The translations under genes and the position numbers were made by a program. The notes below the pieces were generated by a model. The model ran no database searches. It was not told the origin of the DNA and saw only the letters and a list, made by a program, of their open reading frames with translations. Source: Callorhinchus milii (Eukaryota). From it: a DNA stretch of 64,000 bases. Below are positions 39,213-51,570 of this stretch, piece after piece (position 1 is the stretch's first letter; every line of letters begins with the position of its first letter). The stretch covers positions 60,948,001 to 61,012,000 of the forward strand of contig NW_024704742.1 of NCBI RefSeq assembly GCF_018977255.1. The letters are read 5' to 3'.

Positions 39213-40330
39213 CTTTATTAGAGATCAAAGATGTGTCAAGGTTATTGATACAAATCAAGTTTTCTGTTCAACTTTGAAGAATTATCTAAAATAATCTTGA
39301 ATAAAGCACTTGTCTATTCTGTTCTGGGAACTGAAATTAACAGTCAAGCGATGTGGTGCTTAATTTGGATTGTTGATTACTAACTCCTGCAACCTGATTC
39401 TTTGTAAAAGGGGCAATAGTTTACTCAGAAATGTTACAATACAATATAAATTTACACTCATAGAGTGCTTTTCACGTCGTGAGGACGTACCAAGATGCTT
39501 AATATTCCTAGCATCTGAGCTGAGGGTGGGAGCTGAGTGGGTTGGGGGAGGGGAAAGATGACCAAATGTGAAGTCAAAGAGCGAGGTCTGGAGACGGACC
39601 TTGAACAAAAGGGAGGGAGGGAGCGAGTTGCAGTTCAAAGAATGCCAAACTCTGAGAGCACAATGCCACTTGAATGCTTAATGCAAATGTTCAAGAATGC
39701 ACCCCTCTCAGGTTTCTCTTGATAGAAAAGTTGCATTTTTTATTTTTTATAAAAATAGGCTATGTTCGGCAATTTATACATTTGACAATACTTCAGCAGA
39801 GTGCCTGACCACAAAAATAACCTAAAATCAAACTGAGGACATGACCTCTACCAAACCTATATATAGACATTCTCAAAAACAGGGATTTGTAGCCCATTTT
39901 TCCAAATTCCAGGAATCCTGTTCAATACTGTTTTCACACAAAAAATGCTTTGCAACAAGAAAAGCAAGAGAATGCAATAGACACAATATTTGACCCAGCA
40001 GGATACAACTCAGCTCTACCCGCGCTCTGCATAAATGTGGATAAAAATAATTCTTCCATTTGCTACACACCTTCCATGTCGGGGAGACTTCTCAAAGCAC
40101 TTCACAGGATTTACTGTTAAGTGTAGTGACTGTGTATTTTATAGGCAAATGCAGTGGCCAATTTCCACAGGGTAGGGTCCCACAAACAGTCATGAGGTGA
40201 ATGACCAATTTTATGTTGACGAAGGTACCAGGAGATTGACGTCCACCTGACCAGGCAGGTAATACTAACTGATCCGGCAATGCATTTAATAGCACATGTG
40301 CAACTTTAGGAGATTACATAAATGTAGTAC

Positions 40331-40430
40331 CTCAATATCATCCACTGCTAAATGGCAACACGCTGCTAACACTGCTCGTCCATCCTGGAAGTACCATTCT
40401 GCCAGCTCCTTACTCACTCTGTGTAACAGT
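40331..40430 (-). CDS. WDR17: WDR17 exon (LLHRVSKELAEWYFQDGRAVLAACCHLAVDDIE)
   Basis: Seen in ORF track, GT-AG. Confidence 0.95.
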
Positions 40431-41270
40431 CTGCAGAACAAGACAGATTTCTCCTCAGCAACCCAATGACTTCTGAGCAAAAGCAATTTTCCAAAGTAGC
40501 ACTCAAGTCAATGTGTTCTGCTGTAACTAAGCAACAGTGGAATATTCTCATGAGACAGTGAGCATCAATATTCAATGGCCACATAAATACCAATATTCTT
40601 TACATCTTTAAACTCTGTATGACTGAACGATTCAGATATTGCAGCGACATATTGAGAAGTGAATGTTAATTTCTTTTTTATTAAAAAAGGATTTTAAAAA
40701 AATTATTTTCTCCCCCAGTTACATCTTACCTTCTTGCACTGGCTGTGGAAGACCCTGATGTTCCCTCCCCGGCTCTCTCCTTGAGGGAAAGAGAAAGGCT
40801 TCTGCTCTGTCACCAGACACACAATGACACACTCGAGACTGGGCTCATAATGGGGGTGAAAGTGGGACATTTGTAATAAAAAAAAGGCAAATTCTGAGAG
40901 GCAAAAAAAAGGCAAAGAGAGGGGAACAAGCTTGTGAAGCAAAGAAGGCCAATGTTGCATAAAGGGGGCCACAGTTGTATAGAAGTGGTGTGAGGATTTA
41001 TTTGGTTACCTTTTGAGACCAGTGAGTATCTAAAACTTTCTCTAGGGAGATAGAGTGGGTAACTACAATAATGGGGTGGTGTTCCCCCCAAGATCTGTGG
41101 AAGGAATGGGTTTGAAGGTCTGAATGACTTTCTTAATCATTACATACATTTACGTAGACTGTTTCAGGACAGAAATAGGACCTTCAGTCTAACTAGTCTG
41201 TGCCTCGTTTATATTCTGCATGAGTCTCTACTACTCCCAATGTCCTCCCCCTATTCCCTTGCGCCGACAC

Positions 41271-42121
41271 CATCAGCATCCAAGGCTGCACTCTCCACCT
41301 CTCAAAGCCAGTCAGGAACCTCGGCGTTTTGTTCGACCCTGAGCTGTCCTTTCTCCCTCACATCCGCACCACAACTGGCACCGCCTTCCATCACCTCCGG
41401 AATATCGCCAGACTACGGCACTACCTCACCCCTCACGCTGCTGAAACCCTGGTTCACGCCTTTGTCACCTCAAGGCTGGACTATGGGAACTCTCTCCTCG
41501 CCGGCCTTCCCGCACCTCCCTCCACAAGCTGCAGGTCATTCAGAACTCTGCAGCTCGTGTACTGTCCCGCACCAGGACCACATCACTCCCACCCTCGCTC
41601 GCCTCCACTGGCTCCCCATCCCCCAGAGGATTGATTTCAAGATCCTCATCCTCACCTACAAGGCCATTCACGGCCTTGCTCCCTCCTACCTCTCCAACCT
41701 ACTATCCCCCTACCTACCTGCCTGTACCCTCCATTCCTCTGGCTCCGGTCTGCTCCACGTCCCCCGCCCCAATCGCCCTACCATCGGTGGTCGGGCCTTC
41801 AGCCTCTCAGTCCCGAGGCTCTGGAACTCTATCCCCCAGTGCCTTCGCCGCCTCCTCCCTTTCCTCCTTCAAGGTCGGTCTCAAAACCTTTCTCTTTGAC
41901 CGAGCCTTCAGCTCCCTTCTCGACTCTCTTCCCCCTCCTCGCTCCCTCCCTTCCCTCCCCTCACCCTGACCATTTCCCCCCTCCTCTCTCCCTCCCTTCC
42001 CTCCCCTCACCCTGACCATTTCCCCCCTGCTCGGGTCATGACCCAACTGTGCAGCGCCTTGGGACGTCCTCCTGACGTGAAAGGCGCTTTATAAATGGAA
42101 TCTTGTTGTTGTTGTTGTTGC
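41271..42121 (+). mobile_element. L2 LINE 3' fragment, second subfamily (like 22639-23362)
   Basis: HAAETLVHAFVTSRLDYGN; (GTT)n tail. Confidence 0.92.
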
Positions 42122-42765
42122 TATACCACTCACGCATTTCTGCCTCATGCATGCTTGAGTTTTCTCTTAGATACGTCAATGCTTTCTGCTTCGATCATAA
42201 CTTCTGGCGAGTACCACCCTCTGCAAAAAGAAGTTCCTCCTGAACTTTCTTTTATGGTTACTAGTGACAATCTTACATGAAAACCCCATTGTTACAGTTA
42301 CCAACAAGTGGAAATTGCCTATTTATGTCCACCTTATCAAACTCTTTCGTAATTTTAAACCCTCTCAATTGTTTCATCTACAGAGAAAAAAGCTTTAAAC
42401 TTTCCAATCTGTCTTAAGAGCTGCATTCCCTGCTTCTCGTCCAGGGTTCACACCTCTCTGGGGTTATTATTCTAATAGCTCTCCAATACATATCTTTCCT
42501 CTGACAGTAATTATCTAATCCTCTTACTAAACACATCCGATCGATCTTAATCCAACACCTACCCCTGGTTACCCACTTCTATATTCTGAGATCTTGTTGA
42601 GGTCCACAACACAATCAGGCTAAAAGTGAACAAACTAGTCTTATAATGAAGCTCATTCTACAGCATAAAGTAAATTGTTTGTATTTAGTGCTTATATATT
42701 GTTTCTAACAGAATTCCTACATTAGCTACTGAGTACATATCTACGTGGTACAAGAAGCAGCTTAC

Positions 42766-42860
42766 TCATTGTAGTCCTCTGCCATGTTGTTTCCATCATC
42801 ACCTGCTGCTCCGTTCGATGATAAGACTTGTGGCACATGAATATTCCCTTCACAAGCTGC
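42766..42860 (-). CDS. WDR17: WDR17 exon (AACEGNIHVPQVLSSNG...EDYN)
   Basis: AACEGN motif, GT-AG, phase consistent. Confidence 0.9.
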
Positions 42861-44010
42861 CTGCAGACACATTGTGATACGTGATTAGCATTTAAAAAAA
42901 CAATACTCCTACTGAGTGTCAAGTGGGGACTGAAAGGGCTTTTAAAAAATCCTATTACCATAACTTCCACTGTTTCTTTATTCCACAGAGTCAAATAATT
43001 CTATGACACAATAGAAGATCATTGTATTAGTGTCAGAGGATGGAGGCTTCATCCTCCAATGAAGCCACCTATCCATTCCCTGTACTCTCTAATTCCTCTC
43101 CTCCACATGTGATTATTATCACAATAATCTTTGTATTTGACATAACACCTTTCTTGTCAGGAAGACATTGCAAAGCAATTCACAGGCTCACTGTAAAGTG
43201 TTGTGACTGTGCATGTTTTGTAGACAATCGCAAACCCAGATTTGCGCACAGCAAAGTCCCACAAGCCACCATGAAGCAATTTTATTTTATCTGGGGGATT
43301 TTTGGTCAGGACACCGGGAGAAATGTTCTCATCATTTCAAATAATTCAATGGGATCTTTAACATCTAGCTAAACACGCAGACGTGACCTCAGTTAACATC
43401 TCCTTTGAAGGAGAATCCGAGCACTGCACTGGAGTGTCTAGACTAACTCCTTTTTTTTCACAAATGCACCTAAATCATCCCTTGTCTGACAACTCCCCCT
43501 GGCAAATCATTCCATATTCTGAAAACCTTCTGGAAGAAAAAACTGTGTCCAACTTTAACAGCCCCCCGGTTTCAATCTTAAACACGTGGCCCCCTACCTT
43601 TGAATTGCCTACCAGAGGAAATATTCCCTCATCATTTTATTCAGGATAGATCTTTGAGTTACTGCTGGATGATGCAGGGATGGGAAATGCGTCCGTTTAT
43701 GTTACAATTGCCACTGGTGAGAATTATTACACTTTCCACTCTTGGCGAAACCCAAGTCAACGGCGACCCAATTAATGGCTATTGAGTGAATACCCCGCAC
43801 TTCTTGGACTTTATTATAATAATACTATAAGAAAAAGATTGAGCCCAAAGCAAATTGAAAATATTAATTATAAAACTTTCCAACGTCTAGTACGGTATAT
43901 ACTTAGGCATTGTCAAGAGTCAAGTTTTATCTTAAATAAGTTCATTTAAATTTTATTTTAAAAGTAAATTTTTCCTTCCCCCCTGTAATTTCTGAGCTAT
44001 CCCTTGTTAC

Positions 44011-44143
44011 CTGAGCGACCAGGAGAGCTTCCTTCAGCTGCCCTCGGGAGGTGAAAAACGTCACCAGCTTCTTCACATCGCCGGTGGCGATGCAGTATGG
44101 GATGATGTCATCATTTCCCTCCTGGATCATCTGATCAGCCCTC
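44011..44143 (-). CDS. WDR17: WDR17 exon (RADQMIQEGNDDIIPYCIATGDVKKLV...EALLVAQ)
   Basis: Seen in ORF track, GT-AG. Confidence 0.95.
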
Positions 44144-44811
44144 CTGAAGGAACAGTACGACATTAATGTAAAATGTTACATTCCACTGTTACCAAAAGCT
44201 TTCCTGTGGTTGGGGTTAGTCTGATGGGCACCATCATGCTTCAAGGCTCCATTCCTTCCTTTTCCTTTTTGGAGGTTATGAACCTTCTTGTAGGGCTGCA
44301 TTATGTAACGCTCCTTTATCTCAGTAATAAGGTTTGGTGAACCCACTGAGCTTCCCTCAAATCCTCACTATTTTCAAGTATTGACTAGGTTAAGTCAGAC
44401 GATGCAGCTTCTGAAGGGACAGGGTGGGCCTGATCTGAAGGCTGCTTCATTGCTAGCGAACAGCACACTGTAAACAACATCCTTCATGTTGCAAAGGATT
44501 GTGAATTGCGCTGCTCCCCTGCAAAAGCAAAACCTTTCTCTTCCTCTCAAAAACCTCTCTTCCCCCACTCTCTGGAACTCCATCCCACATTCCCACTGCC
44601 TCGCGCCCTCCCTTGCCTCCTTAAAGGCTCGGCTCAAAACACACCTCTTTGACCGTGCCTTCAGCTACCCTCCTACCCCCACCCTCCCTATCGTCCACCT
44701 CTCCTAATACCAACCCCCAGCTCGGGTCCAAATTCCTGACTCTCCAGCATCTTCGGACATCCTCCCAATGTGAAAGGCGCTTTACAAATGTAATTTATTG
44801 TTGTTGTTGGT

Positions 44812-45130
44812 ATAATAATAATAATAATCCTTGCATTTGATATAGCGCTTTTCACGTCGGGAGGACGTCCCAAAGCGCTTCACAGAACACACTGTAAAGT
44901 GAATTGACTGTATATTTGTGGGCGAACGCGGCAGCCAATTGTGCACAGCAATGTCCCACAAACAGTCGTAGATTGAAAATGACCAATTTATTATTGTTTT
45001 GTTTTTTTGGAGGGATTATTATTAGTCGTGTGGAGTAAGGAAACTTGCCCAAGGTTTTGCCCTGCCTGGAAATGAACTCAGGTCTCTCACTTGCAAAGCG
45101 AGTGCTCTAACCACTGAGCTACAGGACTCC
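44812..45130 (-). mobile_element. Young tRNA-SINE, short subfamily, tail-to-tail with an L2 3' fragment (44560-44810)
   Basis: Near-identical to 12741-13058. Confidence 0.92.
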
Positions 45131-45322
45131 ACATGTGTATGTGCACATCCTTACATAAGTAGAGTTAGCAGCAGTTTTGCAAGGCAAACATATCCTGCAA
45201 CTGCTTTCATTGTGGGTAATTTTTTTTGTTTGCTTTTGATATTATTAATAGATTTATTTATTCTTCAACAAATGCTGTGTAATGGAGTGTAATGTTTGGA
45301 ATCATTAAATAGTTCATAGAAA

Positions 45323-45896
45323 ATGCCTGGTTAGGCCTCAGCTAGAGTACTGTGTTCAGTTTTAGGCACCACACTTTAGGAAGAATGTCAAAGCATTGGA
45401 GAGGGTGCAACAGAGATTTACCAGCATGGTACCAGGAATGAGGGACTTCAGTTATGAGGAGAGGCTAGAGAAGCTAGGGTTTTCTCCTTGGAGCAGAGAA
45501 GATTAATAAGGAGATCTAATAGAAGTTTTCAAACTTATGAGGGTATTCGATAGGGTGAACAAGGAGAAATTATTTCCACTGGCGGGTGGGTCAGTAACCC
45601 AAGGGAACCAATTTAAAATAGTTGTTAAAAGAAACATGGGGGAGGTTAGGAGAAATTGTTTCACACAGCGAGTTGTTCGGATCTGGAATGCATTGCCTGA
45701 CAGGGTGGTGGAAGCCGATTCGATAACAACTTTTAAGAGAGAAGTGGATAATTATTTGGGGAGAACAAGCTTGCAGGGTCTATGGTGAAAGAGCGGGAGA
45801 GTGGGATTGAATTGGACAGCTCTTTTTAAAGAGACGGCACAGACAAGATGGGCCAAATGGCCTCCTTCTGTGCTGTATAATTCTATGATTCTATGA
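45323..45896 (+). mobile_element. CR1 LINE 3' fragment with (ATTCTATG)n tail
   Basis: FTQRVVRIWNALP; octamer tail. Confidence 0.92.
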
Positions 45897-45906
45897 AACG
45901 CCTCAC

Positions 45907-45971
45907 CTTTGCATTAACTTCTTCCAGTACTTCATTGAAACACCAGGTGCCACTGAGAGAGCTTTGTTCCA
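45907..45971 (-). CDS. WDR17: WDR17 exon (WNKALSVAPGVSMKYWKKLMQ)
   Basis: Hand translation, GT-AG. Confidence 0.93.
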
Positions 45972-47314
45972 CTGTAAAACCAATGACATTTATCTCACGC
46001 ATGCATATTTTTTTTCTCTCTGACATTTCTTTCTGAGTAACATAGCAACCTTGCAGAATAAGTGCTGCAAATTTCTATTTGGCTGGCATCATTAACCAAA
46101 GGAAACAAAATAAAGCAGTGGGTTTGGATGTTGCCATGGCAATCCTATTTCTCTCTCCTCGTGCACATTTCACTTTACCGCAGAATCTTTCTACTTAATG
46201 GAGTACGATTTTAAAATGTGATGTAGCTGGCAGACCTTAATTATTTTCCCAGATCCTCAAAATTGAAGCTCCTCAACCTTCAACTCTCCTACAAACTACA
46301 GGCTTTGGAAAGCCAAGCTTGGCATCCTCTAAGCACCGCTTCTAGACTTGTTTTGTTGCTCTGCTTACTCTTTTCGACCCTTCTGATGGCCTGCACTTTG
46401 CGCCTTGATCCTTCAGATGGATTTCTATTATAATTATAATAATAACAATCTTTGCATCTGAAACAGTGCCTTTCACATCGTTAAGACCTTTCAAAGCGCC
46501 TCACAGAAGGATTGAGTGACCAACATGCTTTTTTGGGAGGGATTATTACCCCCGGAAAGCGATGGCATTCGACAAACAACTGGATTCCTACTCACTACTA
46601 GGTAAACATAGGTGTGTGGAGTAAGGAAACTTGCCTAAGGTTTCGCACCACCTGGGATATCGAGCCAGGGTCCTCTCGCTTGTGAGGGGAGCGTGCTAAC
46701 CATTACACTACACCACCCACTGCCTCTGCTCGATTGGCTCTGGCCTCCTGTTTGTCCACCATCGGTGGCTGTACCTTCAGCCCCAATATTCAGGAACTCT
46801 CTCTCTCAATCACAGTCTTTCAACAACTTCATGATTCAAATTCTCCAACTTGAGCCAAATGGCAATTTGTGCTGTGGAGTAATGAAAACAATGGATGTTG
46901 CTCTAACTTATTTCACCTAAGATTCATTTGCGGAGTAGACATTCGACCTGGGTCCAGATTTACTCTATTTTCTTAGCATTTCAGAGTGTCCAGAATTTAG
47001 CAAATTCTTAACTACCGTCTTACTTTTGAAGCCTTTCTTCTATAAGTTCTTTTAATAATTACAGAAAAACAGCTTTAAAGTTACGACTGAAATCAATGAT
47101 TTGCCAAATTCTGCAAATTTGGCAAACACTTAAGAAAGTAGAGCAAATCTACTCCAGGTGGAACTTTTCACCCAATGCAGCTGCCAATGAGAAAATATTT
47201 TGTTTCCATCTGTATAGGCTGATTTCAAACTCAAGACCCACAAATAAAATGATGATCGATATTCTGTGCTGCCCGATTGATTACTAATTACAGTGCCATT
47301 CTTAAGTACTTTAC

Positions 47315-47470
47315 CTCCCCAAGTTCCACCATAAGTTCACAGTATCTCTGGATCTGACCTAGTCTCAGATGAATCTCAGCTGCCTCCTTAAGTCTCTCCT
47401 CCTTGCTCGGAGCCCCAATTCCACCTCCAAACTTGAACATCTTCACGGTTGTTAACTCTTGGGCTTCAGA
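47315..47470 (-). CDS. WDR17: WDR17 exon (SEAQELTTVKMFKFGGGIG...RYCELMVELGE)
   Basis: Hand translation, GT-AG. Confidence 0.95.
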
Positions 47471-48363
47471 CTGAGGAAAGCAAATTCAGCTTGAAGTAAC
47501 TCACATGTATTTAGTAATATCAGCACACAAAGTGACACTGCCCTTAAAAGCAGAGATGGCTTCATACTACACTTTGGGCTATTCGTTACGATGTGCTTAT
47601 AATTGTCACTCTATTTATCATGCATCTCTTTCAGCAGCACATCAGAAATTATGTCTATGCTTAAAATACTTAATATCCCACAAGTGTCACACCCACAAAA
47701 CCCCATGCACCTTTCCGGAGACCTGAAATTCCTTTTGGTGTTAGCCTTAAGACCGCTGTTACAAAATTGTAATTTTTACAAAAATGTACCACTTCCTTTA
47801 CTTAGCACACTACTAGGTCTTTCAGCAATTAATACTTGAATACTGTTAATAAACCACTGATGAAAATAGATTAAAAAGGACAGCATGTAAATAGAAAAAA
47901 ATTACAAATGTAAAGAAAGAAATGGAGATATTAACCAGAAACTTATATTTCTGATTCTTTCTCATATCCATTATCTGATTCTTAATAAAAAAATAAATTG
48001 ATTAATAGGTTTTAGAAATAGAATATTGAATGATTGTCTTTAACTTTAATTCCAGACAGATGGATCACATAGTTCTTTGCACATTTCCTATGTTTCTATA
48101 TACATCTAAAACAAGCAAAGAATTTTAATAATAGTATCATTATTAGTATTGAATTATAGCTATTTTAATGACATTTTGATTGCACATAAAGAATGCATTA
48201 TTTTGAATTATACAAGTGTGCTTTGTATAAAATTACTGTTCAATTTGCATTGTTCAAATATTTTTCAATACTCATTTGTGCATTGATCTTGTTACGTGTT
48301 TATGTTGCTCACTTCTTTTAAAACTGTAAAACTCTGAAAGAAATCTTACTTGATGCGACTTAC

Positions 48364-48489
48364 AGTTTTGAACCTGACCAGATGTTTCATGTGCATGATT
48401 CCTTTGCAGTAGTTCTGTGGAAGTAGACTGTCATCTTGGTCTTTTAAAACAGCCACCAGGTCCCAGAGATTCTTGCTACCCCCAGGAGG
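48364..48489 (-). CDS. WDR17: WDR17 exon (PPGGSKNLWDLVAVLKDQDDSLLPQNYCKGIMHMKHLVRFKT)
   Basis: Hand translation, GT-AG. Confidence 0.95.
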
Positions 48490-48530
48490 CTAAATAAGAA
48501 GAGACACAGGTTTGTGAATCTCTGTGTTGT

Positions 48531-49080
48531 GGTCAGCTGGATGTCTGACACATGTAAAAAACCATCACCATGCTTAAGACTATCCAAACCAAGTTGAGAA
48601 TTCCATGCATCTCACATGTAGATGGAAATTGCAGAGATATTTATTGGAATGGAATGCTCACTCTCTCCCTGGAGGGATGTATCCTGCTTATCCAATTCCG
48701 GAAAGTATTCAGTGCAGGTTGGCAAGAGCCAAGGCTTGGGGACTCCAGAGTGTGCGTTAGGGTACTACTGGAGTCTAACCAGATAAAATCGCATAGCTAT
48801 CATTGATATTGTTGTCTGCCAAGCTTTCCCACTGCTTTTCCAGCTGGAACCACCCTACCCGTTAAAGCTTTGGCTTGCAGGGTTAACAGTAGTCATGTGG
48901 GAAGAATCACTGTCCCCAGTGACTGGTCTGCCCTTCCAGGTCCAGTCAATGAGCCAGGTTGGTTGAACTGTCATCAACAGTGCCCTGGAATACTACAGAC
49001 CTGCGTGGCTCAGGAACTGGACCACAGAGACCACAGAGACCACAGAGGGTAGACTTGATTCTGAGATTCTGCTGCAAGGA
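48531..49080 (-). repeat. Unclassified dispersed repeat copy
   Basis: Reverse complement of 21830-22358. Confidence 0.72.
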
Positions 49081-50374
49081 GATTCAGCTCCAGTTAAGCT
49101 CTCAGGAGCTTATCTCCCCCCCAAACACACACAAGCAGGATAATCATGAATCTCCTTGCGCCATCTGAAGCTATTGCCTGCTTTACCGCATAAACAAACT
49201 ATGGGATGAAAAATGCATTGTTTTATAACAGATTCAATGTAACAATTACCTCCTGTTGTGTTTATACTACCAGGAGTGAATGAATCTTTGTATAATAATC
49301 CTTGTATTTGATATATCGCTTTATCATGAGTCAAAATGTCTCAAAGCGCTTCAAACATTTACTCAAATGTGTAGTGACCACTTGTATATTTGCATACAGC
49401 AATGTCCTACAAACAGCCTTCAATTGGACAACCATTTGATTTGAGGGATTGTTGGCCAGGAAATTGGGACAAACTCCTTTCTCTTTTTGAATTGTATTAC
49501 GGCATCTTTAACATAATGCATTAATTAACACCTTTGGTACTAATTAACATGTAGTGAGCTTGTGATAATTAACATATCAATTGATCACTGGATGGAATGG
49601 AGGAAGATTCCCCTATCCACTCAACGCCCGACTCAGTGGTGCCGCTTCACTGGCCTCTCACATCAGACTTCCAGCTTAGCGGGATACCATTTTTAGTGAA
49701 TGGGGTCAGATGGGGTGTTCTGCTTCTAACACTGGGGACCAACTGAAGTGTTAAATATCCTTCAATTCAATGCATGTGTTAATTAGCATTCTAGATGTTA
49801 ATTAACACTAAAATTATTACCATATTCACTCCATAATGTGGTGGTCTATATCTTGCACCACTTTTATTGAATGCATTAATCAGGCCTTAATCAGGCATTA
49901 ACTTATGGGAAACAGAGCAACTCTGTGAGTGGCTGCCTGCATGCTTTCCTGCACTCATGAGGGCTATTGCGGGCTGACTGGCCAGCTTCCTGCATATTGC
50001 ACATGTGCAATTTGGAGATTCTTGGCAGTAAACTGGGAAAAAATTTAGCTTTTTTTAATAGTGCCATGGGATATTTATGGTCTCAAACAGACAGACACAG
50101 GAAACTTTCCGAAATTAAATTAGTCAGCTCATGTATGCTTACTGTATATTAAATAAATGACAGGAGAAGTTATGCCGCCTGCAGAGTAAAATACCTCCCT
50201 GTGAAAATCTTCAGTTTACAGCGATGAGCTCATATCAGCCTGCTGAAAGCTAGACCAGGCCTTTCCTTTCATCTAAAATAAATGTCTTCTTCCAAATGTT
50301 TTCTAACTCGGAAGGAAATCGCACGCCATGTCAACAAATGTAGTGAGAATGACGGGTAACACATAAAGACTTAC

Positions 50375-50505
50375 AGACAGGCATTCTGAGAACCATCGTA
50401 ACTTCTTTATTCGGACATTACCCGTGAGCTTATCCAGCTCTTGTTTGATATCTCGGGATACTTTACCACACAGTAGAGGAGGAGCAGCTGGTGTCATAGC
50501 TCGGT
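50375..50505 (-). CDS. WDR17: WDR17 exon (RAMTPAAPPLLCGKVSRDIKQE...LRWFSECLS)
   Basis: Seen in ORF track, GT-AG. Confidence 0.95.
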
Positions 50506-50869
50506 CTGAAACAGAATTAAAAAATAAATCAGCAAATCATTGACGTGTTTGATAGACAATGTGATAAGGCGCTAGCGTTAAACTCTCAGGACCACAAATG
50601 CAATCTCACTCTAAATTTTCATTATAAACGAGACAACACAAAATGTATAAATGAAATTATAACATTTGCATAAATATTAAAATAAACACATTTACTGATG
50701 ATACAGTACTGTGCAAGTCTGCTTTAGGCTTCAGTTTTCATCAGCTGCAAATAGATTTACAGTATTTATCTTTACCACTGTATAATGTGAGAGAGCTCTT
50801 TTTGGGTAATTTAACATGTTTAATTTATAGTCGAGAGAACTACAGATAGTTTTCTGAAAGCACACATAC

Positions 50870-51019
50870 CAGTATTCCCAATTATTTCTTCCCACTGCCT
50901 CTCAGCCAAGATGTTTATTTGGAGCGGGGAAATTAAAGGTGTTAATGACCACAGCCTTACGGTGGAGTCTCTGGAACATGATGCCATGGTGAAAGGACGG
51001 CTCGGGTGGCAGGTTAGAC
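50870..51019 (-). CDS. WDR17: WDR17 exon (LTCHPSRPFTMASCSRDSTVRLWSL...WEEIIGNT)
   Basis: Hand translation, WD40 repeat, GT-AG. Confidence 0.95.
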
Positions 51020-51570
51020 CTGGGTGATAAAATGAAGACCATGTAATTGCAGCTTAAATTCATTGAATTCAAATTTCCAAAACGGGCAAAATATATAGCG
51101 TTCTGATCAAATCACACCTAAGGTAGTGCATACAATCTAGTCGTTGTGACGCCTCACTTCGCAGTAAATCATGTGGAAACATTTGGATGACTTGATAATG
51201 TCAATTTACATTTATATAGTGTCTTTCACATCAGGAGGATGTCTCAGAGGCAGTGCAGAGAGCAGCAACAAGGATGATCCGCAGTGTTTTTTGAGATGAG
51301 CAATGAGCAACTATCATTTGAATTGGTTGAATTGGTTGCATAATTAAAGCAATTTATAACTCCCTATGTACACAAGGTTTACATATGGCACATTTGTTCT
51401 TGTCTTTCCAAAATACCACATTCTAACATCTTCCCATGTCTGCATCAAGCTGCTTCTTAAGTGAGTTACAGAATCCTGGACATTACCTGAATTAATGGGT
51501 GCCTTTAATTACCAGCTGTGTAAAGAAATACTTTGGGCTCTATCCTGAAGTCCCCCTTCTCGTGTGTTAT

